The notes beneath the pieces are model-generated. The model was not told the DNA's origin. It made no database searches and saw only the letters and a list, made by a program, of their open reading frames with translations. A stretch of 64,000 bases of DNA from Pseudomonadota bacterium (lineage in GTDB: Bacteria > Bdellovibrionota > UBA1018 > CAIMNF01): NCBI GenBank assembly GCA_027486675.1, contig JAIXOQ010000024.1, forward strand, positions 1,332-65,331. Reading direction: 5' to 3'. How positions within the stretch are numbered: the first letter of the stretch is position 1; the number at the start of each line of letters is the position of its first letter. Positions 55,782 through 64,000 of the stretch are shown one piece after another. The translations under genes were made by a program, and so were the position numbers.

Positions 55782-58234
55782 AGAAGATGCAAACTTTCAC
55801 ACTGTTGCTTCTGTTCGCTCTCAACTCCTGCTCCAACTTTAAGTCCGGCGTGGAGTCTTTAAGTGTACCTTCAGACGGTTCCTTAGATGGATCGCTATCC
55901 ACTTCAAACACTACGCACCAAATGGTGCAGGTCACTGTGGGAACAAGCACCACCGGAACTGCAGGGCTCAACTTAAGTTTAGCGGTTGCTGCAGGTGCCC
56001 CGACGCTTCAGAATTATTGTGCGATTGGCGGAACGAAGCCCTGTGCCTGTGAATTAAAATGGGTTCAGACCACGACTGTCGGAAGCACCACCACAACAGT
56101 CACAAGAACCAAACGCTTAAGCGCAACCACTGTTCAGACTGCAATTGTGGATTGTGCGATGGAGACCTCATTTTGGGATGAGATCGCAACTGGCACGATC
56201 ATCACGACAAAAATTGTTCCACTTTCTGGAAATGAAACCGGCTTCAATGTTCGCGCAATTGGCTATAAAAAAGGATCGAGTGTGTCCGCAACTGGGGATT
56301 TTTTAGATAGTTCCCTCACTCCGTTCAGAAACATCGTGCGTTACGCCTGTTACAGCAAAAGAAAAGTCTGGGATAAGCTCAGGAATGACACTGTTTCTAC
56401 AATCAATGGTACTGATTCTACGAATTCTCCTTTTTCGACCAGTTTTTGTTTAGATGGAGTGAGTGGCATTGGCGGTCAGTGCCCAGGTGGAAGTACGATC
56501 TATTCCGCACAAAGTTATTATAGAAATCTATACATTCAGTCCGACAGGGTAGGGCAGATCAATTCTAAGAACAGTGCTTTTGAGTGTCCGATGGTGGAAG
56601 AATCCCTGAAGTATTCTTCACCGGCCTCTGCGGTACCCACCGCGGAACGTGGTAAGCCCTATCCGCTCGATTCCCAGTTTTCATTGGCGCAACTCAAAGG
56701 GGGCGACTGGACTGTACCCGTTTCCTCTTCCTCCGTTTTATACAAAGCAAGTTCAAGTAATTCTGACCCAGATTCATCGGACGCCCCTTGTGCCGATGAT
56801 CCGAGTGTTGAAGCCGACAATGCGATTGCATCCTCTGTTCCGATCGCACGCAAATGTCTAGGATATGCCAAGAAGCCGCTGCCATCTGGAGCGTGTGGCT
56901 CTTTTACAGATAGCAGTGGTGTCATCAGACCCATGACCCGGCTCAGACGCTTTCGGACTCTCTACCCTCAGTTCTTTAAGCCGAATGGCAATGTGGAATC
57001 TGGAAACGCATTTGCTAAGCGCTGGATGGATGAAGTGTTGATTGCCGATCGTTTAGAAGTGAACACTCAAGGGCAGCTCACTGGAAATGCAATTTTTGGC
57101 CCAAAACCTTGCCCATTCGCGTGGTTTGATCACTCGGGCACGACCACAGGGGCTGCATCTGATCTTGGCACGGATTCATTTCTGACCGACTATCCGATTC
57201 GGTCTGCAGGCGGACCCCGTTACGGCATTCCTTCCTACCGAGCCACTTCCGCTTATCAGCGCGACAGCTTTAAAGTGAATCCGGATGGATATCACTTTCC
57301 AAATTATGATCTCTTCAACCTAGCGACCACTGCAGGGACGCCTGGCCGCCCTCATTCTTGTTCCGCGACCTTAAGTGTGGTCGAACGTGTCGATGGTGCA
57401 CCTGTGAGTGTTCGTCTCGTCACTTCCCTCTACAGCAGGGGTGATGTTTGGGATTTCAACGGCTCGACTACTTCGATTCCACTTTCGGATGTGCAAATTC
57501 GCCCGATTGAACCTTTCATGCCTCAGTACTTTGAAGATACGACCTTTCAGGCCTGTGTTCCCGCTTCGAGCGAGTACTTAGATCCGCCCCTTTATCTCTA
57601 TCGCAACGGGGCAACCCAGTACGCTTGGTGTTCAAAACCTTATCCAACCGCCAATCCTTATTGGCGTTCTTTGAATGCAAAAAAGAGAGTCTTAGGTACC
57701 CAAGCCAACACTCTATCTGCAGACGCACTGGTCGGGTGGAGCAGTGGAGCAGCCTCTGTCGATTATTTCACATCGACCAACAATGATGTTGCAGGAAACT
57801 TACTTTTTGGTCTGAACACTTGCGCAAAGACCACAGGCATTTGTAGTTTGCTGCCGGTTGCAGGAGACCAAACGATTTGCGCTACGTACATCGGCGACGG
57901 TACGCCAGGACCCCGATGTGATCGCACGGTGCGACTGGATGGTCAGACGGATTACCGCACGTTTCCGCTTCAGGCAAAAGATACTGAAATCAAGACGGCG
58001 CTCGACACGGATATGGATCTTGGGAAAAAAACTTACGGATGCACGTATTCAGTTCATCCCAACCGAAATTATCTTGGAACACGTTCGCCGACGACAGGCT
58101 GCTGTGGAGTAAGAAATGGATCGCCCGTCGTCTCAGGATTAGCAGCCGATGGAGATGGTGGCCACTTAGAGCCGATGAACCCGGGCAATCTTTCCTATCC
58201 GAACCGCCGATACTGCGGTGATCCGATTCAATAG
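55778..58234 (+). CDS. Large Cys-rich, Thr/Ser-rich lipoprotein (paralog of 53997-55781)
   Basis: The ATG at 55778 (ATGA overlap with the upstream stop) gives MKKMQTFTLLLLFALNSC. The mature N-terminus is CSNFKSGVESLSVPSD, with the block QNYCAIGGTKPCACELKW. Confidence 0.6.
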   Translation: MKKMQTFTLLLLFALNSCSNFKSGVESLSVPSDGSLDGSLSTSNTTHQMVQVTVGTSTTGTAGLNLSLAVAAGAPTLQNYCAIGGTKPCACELKWVQTTTVGSTTTTVTRTKRLSATTVQTAIVDCAMETSFWDEIATGTIITTKIVPLSGNETGFNVRAIGYKKGSSVSATGDFLDSSLTPFRNIVRYACYSKRKVWDKLRNDTVSTINGTDSTNSPFSTSFCLDGVSGIGGQCPGGSTIYSAQSYYRNLYIQSDRVGQINSKNSAFECPMVEESLKYSSPASAVPTAERGKPYPLDSQFSLAQLKGGDWTVPVSSSSVLYKASSSNSDPDSSDAPCADDPSVEADNAIASSVPIARKCLGYAKKPLPSGACGSFTDSSGVIRPMTRLRRFRTLYPQFFKPNGNVESGNAFAKRWMDEVLIADRLEVNTQGQLTGNAIFGPKPCPFAWFDHSGTTTGAASDLGTDSFLTDYPIRSAGGPRYGIPSYRATSAYQRDSFKVNPDGYHFPNYDLFNLATTAGTPGRPHSCSATLSVVERVDGAPVSVRLVTSLYSRGDVWDFNGSTTSIPLSDVQIRPIEPFMPQYFEDTTFQACVPASSEYLDPPLYLYRNGATQYAWCSKPYPTANPYWRSLNAKKRVLGTQANTLSADALVGWSSGAASVDYFTSTNNDVAGNLLFGLNTCAKTTGICSLLPVAGDQTICATYIGDGTPGPRCDRTVRLDGQTDYRTFPLQAKDTEIKTALDTDMDLGKKTYGCTYSVHPNRNYLGTRSPTTGCCGVRNGSPVVSGLAADGDGGHLEPMNPGNLSYPNRRYCGDPIQ

Positions 58235-59724
58235 AGCCAACTCTCTGGGCGAGCCTGAAAAGCTTCAGTCACGTGCGAAATTTCGATACCACTCTGGTCG
58301 TCTAAAGCTGCAAGAGTGGCTGCGACCCGAACGACTTTGTGGCGGGATCTTAGGCTTAAATTCGGCAAATCTGACAGGGTCTGCTCTAGGTGAGTATTTT
58401 TAGAAATGAGTTTTTCACAAGTTTGGGCGGACCAAAGACCGGGCGGGCTTTCGTAGTGGGACTCGATTTTCATTCGTGCGTTCAGAAGAGATTTCAGGAA
58501 GGCTTCCGGACTCTGTGATCCTTTGTGACTTGCGCTGATCCAGGTCACAAGATCTAAGCGATCTAACACCGGCCCGCTTAAGCGTTCCAGATAGCGCTGA
58601 GCTGCTGCATCTGAACATCGGCATCGTCCACTTTTAGGATCTGGCGGGAGTCGCGCGGGTGTTCCGCCACAGGGACAAAGATTTCCGGTCCCCATCCACT
58701 GAAAGTGGCATTTGAGGTCGATGATTCCGTCACGCCGGGTGAGGCGCACTCGCTTTTCTTCCAAGGGTTCACGCAAAGTTTCTTTGGTATCCCGCGGCCA
58801 TTCTGGAAATTCATCTGCAAATAAAATCCCACCGTGCGCTCGGATGAGATCTCCTGGGATGTAACATCCGCGCGAAAAACTTCCTAAGAGATGAGTGGGT
58901 TTGGCGCTGGAGTGGACCCTCCTCACTGGGCGGGTTTCAAGGGCATTCCAGCTCTCTAAGTGGCGCATTCTGAGCCAAGTGTCTTCGGCTTTTGCAGGTC
59001 CTGAAAAGCTTTCAGCCCATCGCAGCGCCGTGCTTTTTCCGACACCTTTCGCGCCGAGCATCAGCCAGTGGTGTTCGCCTGAGAGAGCTGTGATGAGCCA
59101 TCGTGCGAGAGATGGACTTAAAGGCGGAAGATCCTGGCCTGTGTCTTTGGAGGGCAAAGGGGCGGGTCCTTCTTCGTGAGTGATGAGAGGTGTGACCTCT
59201 TTCAAGGACTGAAAGACTTTCTTAAGATGGGTGCAGGAGGCGATAGAACTTCCTTTCGGAATAGTCAGTCTGTTCCTGACTCTCCAAGAAAAAATTTGAC
59301 CGAGCTCTCTTAAGTCCTCTGGATGCGCGATCAGCGTCCCGGGTGTTTGGATTAGGAGTTCGCACCACTGCGCCATATATCCTTTTTGTTTGACCTCACC
59401 TGTGGGTGAAAGCTCGCCCCAGGCGTAGAGCGGGTCGGGCAGGTCTTTTTGATCCTGAAGCAGAATAGAAATCGCAATCGCGAGATCATTGCAGCTTCCC
59501 GTCTTCGGGGTTTCAGGTGGCCCTAAGTAGGTCACGACTTTGCGACGAGGAAATTCAAAGCCGGACGCATCAAAACTCGCGATCACGCGCTCTTTTGATT
59601 CCTGAATCACTTGCGACGCGAGCCCTAAGATCATGAATGCAGGGATTTGAGTGCGGATCTGAGATTCAACACTGACTCTGAGGGGTTCGTCGGGCATCGG
59701 CTGCATGGAGAAAATCGGATTCAT
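58228..59724 (-). CDS. comM: YifB/ComM-family Mg-chelatase-like AAA+ ATPase
   Basis: Lon-protease-like N-domain (ILGLASQVIQESKERV), P-loop LGAKGVGKST, Cys motif CPCGG...CRCS, and SGPVLDRLDL. Confidence 0.85.
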   Translation of the reverse strand: MNPIFSMQPMPDEPLRVSVESQIRTQIPAFMILGLASQVIQESKERVIASFDASGFEFPRRKVVTYLGPPETPKTGSCNDLAIAISILLQDQKDLPDPLYAWGELSPTGEVKQKGYMAQWCELLIQTPGTLIAHPEDLRELGQIFSWRVRNRLTIPKGSSIASCTHLKKVFQSLKEVTPLITHEEGPAPLPSKDTGQDLPPLSPSLARWLITALSGEHHWLMLGAKGVGKSTALRWAESFSGPAKAEDTWLRMRHLESWNALETRPVRRVHSSAKPTHLLGSFSRGCYIPGDLIRAHGGILFADEFPEWPRDTKETLREPLEEKRVRLTRRDGIIDLKCHFQWMGTGNLCPCGGTPARLPPDPKSGRCRCSDAAAQRYLERLSGPVLDRLDLVTWISASHKGSQSPEAFLKSLLNARMKIESHYESPPGLWSAQTCEKLISKNTHLEQTLSDLPNLSLRSRHKVVRVAATLAALDDQSGIEISHVTEAFQARPESWLY

Positions 59725-59753
59725 AAGAACCAGAAGTTATGCAACGCACATGC

Positions 59754-60161
59754 CTACTTCTGTCGAAGACGGGAGAGCATCTCGTCCCGAGCAACGCCAA
59801 GACGAATCATCGCATTTTTTCGGTTCTTTTGTTCAATGGGATCCCCTTGCGGGCCTAGATCGGGGTGAACTTTTTTTGCTGCCTTCCGGTAGGCAGCTAA
59901 GATCTGTTCTTCGGTCGCATCGATCTGAATTCCAAGCACCTGGTGGGGTCCTAGGGAAGAAGCATCCGTTAATCGAAGATTCTCTTTCGATGGATCCTTA
60001 CGAAAGAGGGGTTCCTTTGTTTCTTCGAAATCTTCCTTAAAGAGCCGCTCTTTGCCACTGTTTTTGAGCTGAAATACGATCAAAAGACCGGCGCCGAGTA
60101 AGACCGCCCACTGAGTTTCAATAAAGTGTGTGATCAGCCAATCTTTCACGCTGATTCCCAT
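59754..60161 (-). CDS. Membrane-anchored J-domain (DnaJ-like) protein
   Basis: C-terminal J domain with HPD (AYRKAAKKVHPD) and an N-terminal TM helix. ATG at 60161 is preferred over the TTG at 60230, which would overlap comEC. Confidence 0.65.
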   Translation of the reverse strand: MGISVKDWLITHFIETQWAVLLGAGLLIVFQLKNSGKERLFKEDFEETKEPLFRKDPSKENLRLTDASSLGPHQVLGIQIDATEEQILAAYRKAAKKVHPDLGPQGDPIEQKNRKNAMIRLGVARDEMLSRLRQK

Positions 60162-61967
60162 CTTACCTTGGTGCGCCACTTGCTGGAACCCTCCCTTAGC
60201 GTGCTCGCTCAGATTTTCCAAACTCTTCAACTCGATCTTCTCACTGCACTCGATGGAGTTGATCCCTATGCCATTGTTCAGAGGCTACTTCTCAATGAAA
60301 GACCAAAGGATTCGCCGGAAGATATTTTTAGGATTCTAGGTTTTGTCCATCTCTACACGGCAAGCGGGATTCATATCTATGCGTTCTTAGATGCACTCGA
60401 TGGTTTTGGCAAAAGACTTAGTCCAAAAACGGCTACAAAAATTTTATTGTTTCAAAAAGTGATCCGGTGCGCAGGGATTTTTTTGATCTTCTTCGCCTGG
60501 GGGCTACAGCAATTTCGGCTTGGGTTTCTCAGGCCAATTTTAGTCTTTCTCATGAAACGTCTCTTTGAGTCCTTGGGCTTTCGTTTCCGGACCCTCTCGC
60601 CATTATTCATTTTACTTGGGATTGAGCTGCTCTTTGGTGCTTTGGCGGGTCCTGAAACGGAGCGTCGTTTGTCTTTTGGCCGTGCGCACTACTTTTTGGC
60701 TGTTGGGGGTGGACTACTGGGTTATGGGTGGGCCAAAACGAAGGGGCTATCCGGGATACTGGCTCATGCGGCGATGTCGCTTTCGTCTTGGCTCTGCACG
60801 GCGGTTCTAGATTTATTTTCGTTGGGACAGATCGCGTATTTGACTCCTCTGATTAGTCTGCTGACTATTCCGATTCTCGCTCAGGCCACCTATCCCGGTC
60901 TGCTGCTTCTATCCCTGACCTCTACCTCAGGCTTGCGCGGGCTTTCTTCTGCGATGAATTCTGCCGCTGGATTTGCCGTAGAACTGGTCGATCGTATCGG
61001 GGGAGTTTTTGTCGTTTCCCCTCATGTACCGATGCTTATGATTCCTGTGACCGCAATCTGTGTTTCACTTGTGCTTACAAAACGAAAGAAACAGGCCTTC
61101 TTTTTTGGTGTCTTAGCAATCGTGGGGCTCAGGATTCTGCTTCCGCAATTCGAGCGGAGCGAACTGACACTGCTCAATGTGGGGCAGGGGGACTCGCTTC
61201 TCAGTATCGGCAAGAAGAGAACAGAGCTGATCGATACAGGAATGTCTGGAGCGGTTCGGGATCGCGATTGGATCGATACATTCACCAAACGCGGGAAAAC
61301 GCAGATTGACGCAGTACTACTGTCTCATTGGGATGAAGACCACGTGGGCGCTTTGCGGCAGTTGGTCCGGATCATCCCGATCGGGTGCATTCAGATTCAC
61401 AGTGAGGCTTGGAATGAGGAACGGGGGGAGCGTTGGAGGAAGTGGTTCTCGCTGCACAAAGAGCTCAATGTTTCGGACAAACACTGCATTCAAACCGGGG
61501 AGGTAGCCGAGTGGGCACTCCCGGGAAATAAAAAGAAGGCTGGGAACGATCGTATGCTCAGTTTCTTTCGGAAGCTCTCCCCGTCTCTTCAGTTTGTGAG
61601 TTTTGGGGATGCGCCAAGAGTCATGGAGGATCGGCTCGTTTCAACGTTACCGAAAAACACTCCAACCATTTGGAAGGTCAATCACCATGGGTCCCACACC
61701 TCAACCCCCCTGTTACTTGGGAGCCAGATCAAGATCCAAGAATTTTGGATCTCTGCTGGAAGAAGAAACCGTTACGGCCATCCTCACAAGAGCGTTTTAG
61801 ACCTCCTTGGGTCTTGGCATGCGCCGGTTCGTAAGACCACCGACCCTACGGCGCCTCATTACTATAAATGGCAGTGGCTAGAGTGGATGGGTCCGTTAGA
61901 CTTATGGAATGAGATTCGTCTGGGTTTGGGGATTAGTAGCGTTCTTAATCCGACTTCTAAATCTTGA
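60126..61967 (+). CDS. comEC: ComEC/Rec2-family DNA internalisation protein (competence domain plus metallo-beta-lactamase domain), short N-terminus
   Basis: LGFVHLYTASGIHIYAF competence-domain motif, multiple TM helices, and an MBL domain (LTLLNVGQGDSLL, LLSHWDEDHVG, NHHGSH). The start is uncertain: GTG at 60126, 60171 or 60201. Confidence 0.7.
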   Translation: MCDQPIFHADSHLTLVRHLLEPSLSVLAQIFQTLQLDLLTALDGVDPYAIVQRLLLNERPKDSPEDIFRILGFVHLYTASGIHIYAFLDALDGFGKRLSPKTATKILLFQKVIRCAGIFLIFFAWGLQQFRLGFLRPILVFLMKRLFESLGFRFRTLSPLFILLGIELLFGALAGPETERRLSFGRAHYFLAVGGGLLGYGWAKTKGLSGILAHAAMSLSSWLCTAVLDLFSLGQIAYLTPLISLLTIPILAQATYPGLLLLSLTSTSGLRGLSSAMNSAAGFAVELVDRIGGVFVVSPHVPMLMIPVTAICVSLVLTKRKKQAFFFGVLAIVGLRILLPQFERSELTLLNVGQGDSLLSIGKKRTELIDTGMSGAVRDRDWIDTFTKRGKTQIDAVLLSHWDEDHVGALRQLVRIIPIGCIQIHSEAWNEERGERWRKWFSLHKELNVSDKHCIQTGEVAEWALPGNKKKAGNDRMLSFFRKLSPSLQFVSFGDAPRVMEDRLVSTLPKNTPTIWKVNHHGSHTSTPLLLGSQIKIQEFWISAGRRNRYGHPHKSVLDLLGSWHAPVRKTTDPTAPHYYKWQWLEWMGPLDLWNEIRLGLGISSVLNPTSKS

Positions 61968-63294
61968 AGTGCGTGCAGCGCATCACGATGAAGCGTGTAA
62001 CAGCTGGTTTGTAGATCGTATTTTTGAGAATGGATACTTTAGTTATGATCCAGGAAACTTCCATGGCCCCCTTTATTTCTACCTCTTGGCCGCCGCGCGC
62101 TTCTTGTTTTCAGATACTCTTTTCTCTCTAAGGATTGTTTCGGTTCTTGCAGGGACACTGCTGGCACTCTCGCCCCTTTTGTTTCGACGTTTTCTTTCAA
62201 ATCAGGCCATTCTCATTGCGGTACCGATGCTTGCGTTGTCGCCAGGGCTAGTCGTCTATTCTAGGGACGCCATTCATGAAATCCTGTTTGCGCTGTTATC
62301 TGTTTGTGCCGTTTGGCGGTTTTGGGTTTTTCGTGAAAGCCCCAACCGAAAGACTGCGCTTTGGCTTGGATTGGTCGCAGGTCTTTGGATGTCGACCAAA
62401 GAGACTTTTGTTGTTCTTGGTTTAGCGTTGCTCTTGGCCGAATTGTTGCTTCATAAGGGACGAACTCTGAGGCCCCTGCTAAAAAATCTACACTGGGTCC
62501 TGCTGGCAGCCTTTGTGCCCATGTTAATCCTTTTCACGGGTGGGTTTCATGAACCGCTGGGGCTACTCAAGTTCTTTCAGGCGTTTGTCATTTGGGGAAA
62601 ACGCTCCATGGTTCCAGAGGGAAACGGAAAACCTATTTTCTACTTCTTAAGAACTCTACTTCAAGCGGAAACGATTGTTTTTCTATTCTTACTCGTCGCA
62701 TGGCGAAAGAAAGAGGGCGCAAAAGCTTACTCAAGAGAACTCTGGTTCCTAGGCGCGATGAGTCTCCTGATCTATTCCATGATGAACTACAAAATGCCTT
62801 GGTGCGTGGTCGCGTTCATTCCTTTCCTGATCCTCGCAGGGTCGTCCAGCATTGCGATTTGGCTTGAGCGTAAGTCGCGTGGGCTTTTAGTTGCTTGTGT
62901 AGCATCGCTGGGAGTGTTCTCTTTCATCCAGGCTCTTGCTCCAGCATTCACGCATGTCGATGACGATACCCATCCCTATGTCTATGCGCAGACTTACTCA
63001 GAGTTTGCAGCAGAGGTAAAAAATGTAGTCGCGCTGCCGATAGAGACCCCCATGTATGTCGCAAGTACGACAACCTGGCCTCTCCCGTATTATCTGCGCC
63101 GGTTTCAGCAGGTGAGCTATGTCGCCCCCTCAAATACGCCCCAAACCCTGCCGGAAACAGCAACGGTTTTGATGATAGACGAGCCCCTCATGAAGAATAT
63201 GATATTTAAGCGCACTCCTATCCGACAGGTGAGTGTCAAAGTTCGTCCCTGGGCTCCGCGTATGGTATTTACATACTTCCAAGGAAGTCCCTAA
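61909..63294 (+). CDS. GT-C fold (ArnT/PMT-like) membrane glycosyltransferase-family protein
   Basis: More than 10 TM segments. The first-loop motif AAHHDEA and overall topology are typical of the dolichyl-phosphate/undecaprenyl-phosphate sugar transferase class. Confidence 0.55.
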   Translation: MRFVWVWGLVAFLIRLLNLEVRAAHHDEACNSWFVDRIFENGYFSYDPGNFHGPLYFYLLAAARFLFSDTLFSLRIVSVLAGTLLALSPLLFRRFLSNQAILIAVPMLALSPGLVVYSRDAIHEILFALLSVCAVWRFWVFRESPNRKTALWLGLVAGLWMSTKETFVVLGLALLLAELLLHKGRTLRPLLKNLHWVLLAAFVPMLILFTGGFHEPLGLLKFFQAFVIWGKRSMVPEGNGKPIFYFLRTLLQAETIVFLFLLVAWRKKEGAKAYSRELWFLGAMSLLIYSMMNYKMPWCVVAFIPFLILAGSSSIAIWLERKSRGLLVACVASLGVFSFIQALAPAFTHVDDDTHPYVYAQTYSEFAAEVKNVVALPIETPMYVASTTTWPLPYYLRRFQQVSYVAPSNTPQTLPETATVLMIDEPLMKNMIFKRTPIRQVSVKVRPWAPRMVFTYFQGSP

Positions 63295-63299
63295 ACACC

Positions 63300-64000
63300 A
63301 TGACTCATGCCGTAACCCCTCTCTCATTTTCTGATTACTTTGAAAAAATTTACGGCGAGCGTTGGCCGTCTTTGCTTGCCTCCCTGACTGCACAGCACAC
63401 ACGCACTCCTTGGATTCCATTTCCAGGAAATGAACCCTACTTCATCGATGAAGCAAGCCTGTTTGTTGTCGATGCGCTGAAGATCGCACCTGATGATTCG
63501 GTGCTGGATCTTTGTGCAGCACCGGGCGGTAAGACGCTGAGTATCCTAGGAAAGATTTCTGGTCGCGGTACTTTGGTTGCGAACGAATATTCCTCACCTC
63601 GTCGATTGCGGCTCCAGAATGTGATCGAAGCCAATGTGCCAGAAGTGATCCGTCGCCGCGTCCGGGTGATTGGTGGGGATGGACGGAAGATTGGAATGAC
63701 CCATCCTGAAACCTTTGACCGCGTGCTTGCAGATGTTCCTTGCTCCAGCGAACGCCACCTCATCGAGCAAAATGAACAGAGTGTTTGGTCAGAACATCGT
63801 TCCAAATTCATTGCAAAAAAACAGTACGCCTTGCTTTGTTCGGCAGGCCTTGCGGTGAAGAAGGGTGGGGTCGTGGTGTATTCCACCTGCTCGATTTCGC
63901 CTTATGAAAACGATGAAGTGATCCGTCGGTTTTTAGATCGTAAAGAAGGATTTGAGCTCGAACGTATAGAAGGCACACCCACGGGTGCGGAGATCACAGC
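63300..64000 (+). CDS. NOL1/NOP2/Sun-family RNA (cytosine-C5) methyltransferase, 3'-truncated by the window end
   Basis: My own translation from the ATG at 63300 gives MTHAVTPLSHFSDYFEKIYGERW...DLCAAPGGKT...DVPCSSERH...YSTCS, which are the SAM-binding and two catalytic-Cys motifs. It is not in the ORF track because it has no stop in the window. Confidence 0.8.
   Translation, partial: MTHAVTPLSFSDYFEKIYGERWPSLLASLTAQHTRTPWIPFPGNEPYFIDEASLFVVDALKIAPDDSVLDLCAAPGGKTLSILGKISGRGTLVANEYSSPRRLRLQNVIEANVPEVIRRRVRVIGGDGRKIGMTHPETFDRVLADVPCSSERHLIEQNEQSVWSEHRSKFIAKKQYALLCSAGLAVKKGGVVVYSTCSISPYENDEVIRRFLDRKEGFELERIEGTPTGAEIT

Noticed and set aside
55507-55971. 154-aa minus-strand ORF across the junction of the two large lipoprotein genes
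   Set aside because: It is antisense to paralog-supported genes and has no export signal or RBS.
44277-58234. Possibility that the exported-protein cluster is a mobile or genomic island or a prophage remnant
   Set aside because: There is no integrase, transposase, flanking tRNA or phage genes, and I saw no obvious flanking direct repeats. Composition looks similar to the rest of the window by eye.
63437-63886. 149-aa minus-strand ORF near the window end
   Set aside because: It is antisense to the clearly recognisable NOL1/NOP2/Sun methyltransferase reading frame (DLCAAPGGKT, DVPCS, YSTCS).
1-64000. Search for tRNA, rRNA, CRISPR arrays, IS elements and long tandem repeats
   Set aside because: Intergenic regions are very short (mostly under 100 nt). 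None shows cloverleaf-like structure, repeat-spacer periodicity or terminal inverted repeats. This was a visual scan only, so tRNAscan, Infernal and CRISPR finders should confirm it.

Overview
This is a compact, roughly 50% GC bacterial chromosomal segment with about 62 protein-coding genes. By eye I found no rRNA or tRNA genes, CRISPR arrays, transposases or integrases. Lineage cannot be established from the window. The gene content (many lipoproteins, planctomycete-type CxxCH proteins, FHA-GGDEF, HD-GYP, sigma-54-type promoters, ketone-body and acyl-CoA catabolism) is consistent with a Bdellovibrio/Oligoflexia- or Myxococcota-like organism; this is low-confidence inference.

Positions 1-25 kb are mostly housekeeping. 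They hold ettA, a HAD hydrolase plus a B12-type radical SAM gene, and mnmC. A long minus-strand array follows: rpmF, fabH-like, fabD, fabG, acpP, fabF, rpiB, glyA, an acyl-CoA dehydrogenase, pgi, FHA-GGDEF, mutL, miaA, ilvE and rluA.

Positions 25-44 kb mix metabolism with exported proteins. The metabolic and signalling genes are a thiolase, scoAB, pepA, a methyltransferase, a CDF transporter and a GAF-HD-GYP protein. The rest are many exported proteins of unknown function.

The most unusual region is 44.3-58.2 kb. It contains twelve consecutive genes in three transcription units, and every product carries an export signal (7 lipoboxes, 4 Sec-type signals, 1 twin-arginine-like signal). Four of the proteins carry five CxxCH motifs between them. 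The block also holds a GGxDxH (DUF1501-like) protein, a YceI-like protein, two predicted outer-membrane barrels (one with its own CxxCH) and two pairs of paralogous Cys-rich lipoproteins. No ATPase, transporter or regulator is present. I flag it as a candidate uncharacterised envelope system.

Other notable points:
- The fabH-position gene has its catalytic Cys replaced by Ser, and plsX is absent from the cluster.
- A Lys/Ala-rich H1-like protein is fused to a Cys motif.
- Two near-identical sigma-54-type promoters sit in front of unrelated lipoprotein genes.
- An OMP-DUF155-CDF operon is tightly coupled.
- Coding overlaps are unusually long.

The window ends with comM, a J-domain protein, comEC, a GT-C glycosyltransferase and a partial NOL1/NOP2/Sun RNA methyltransferase gene.
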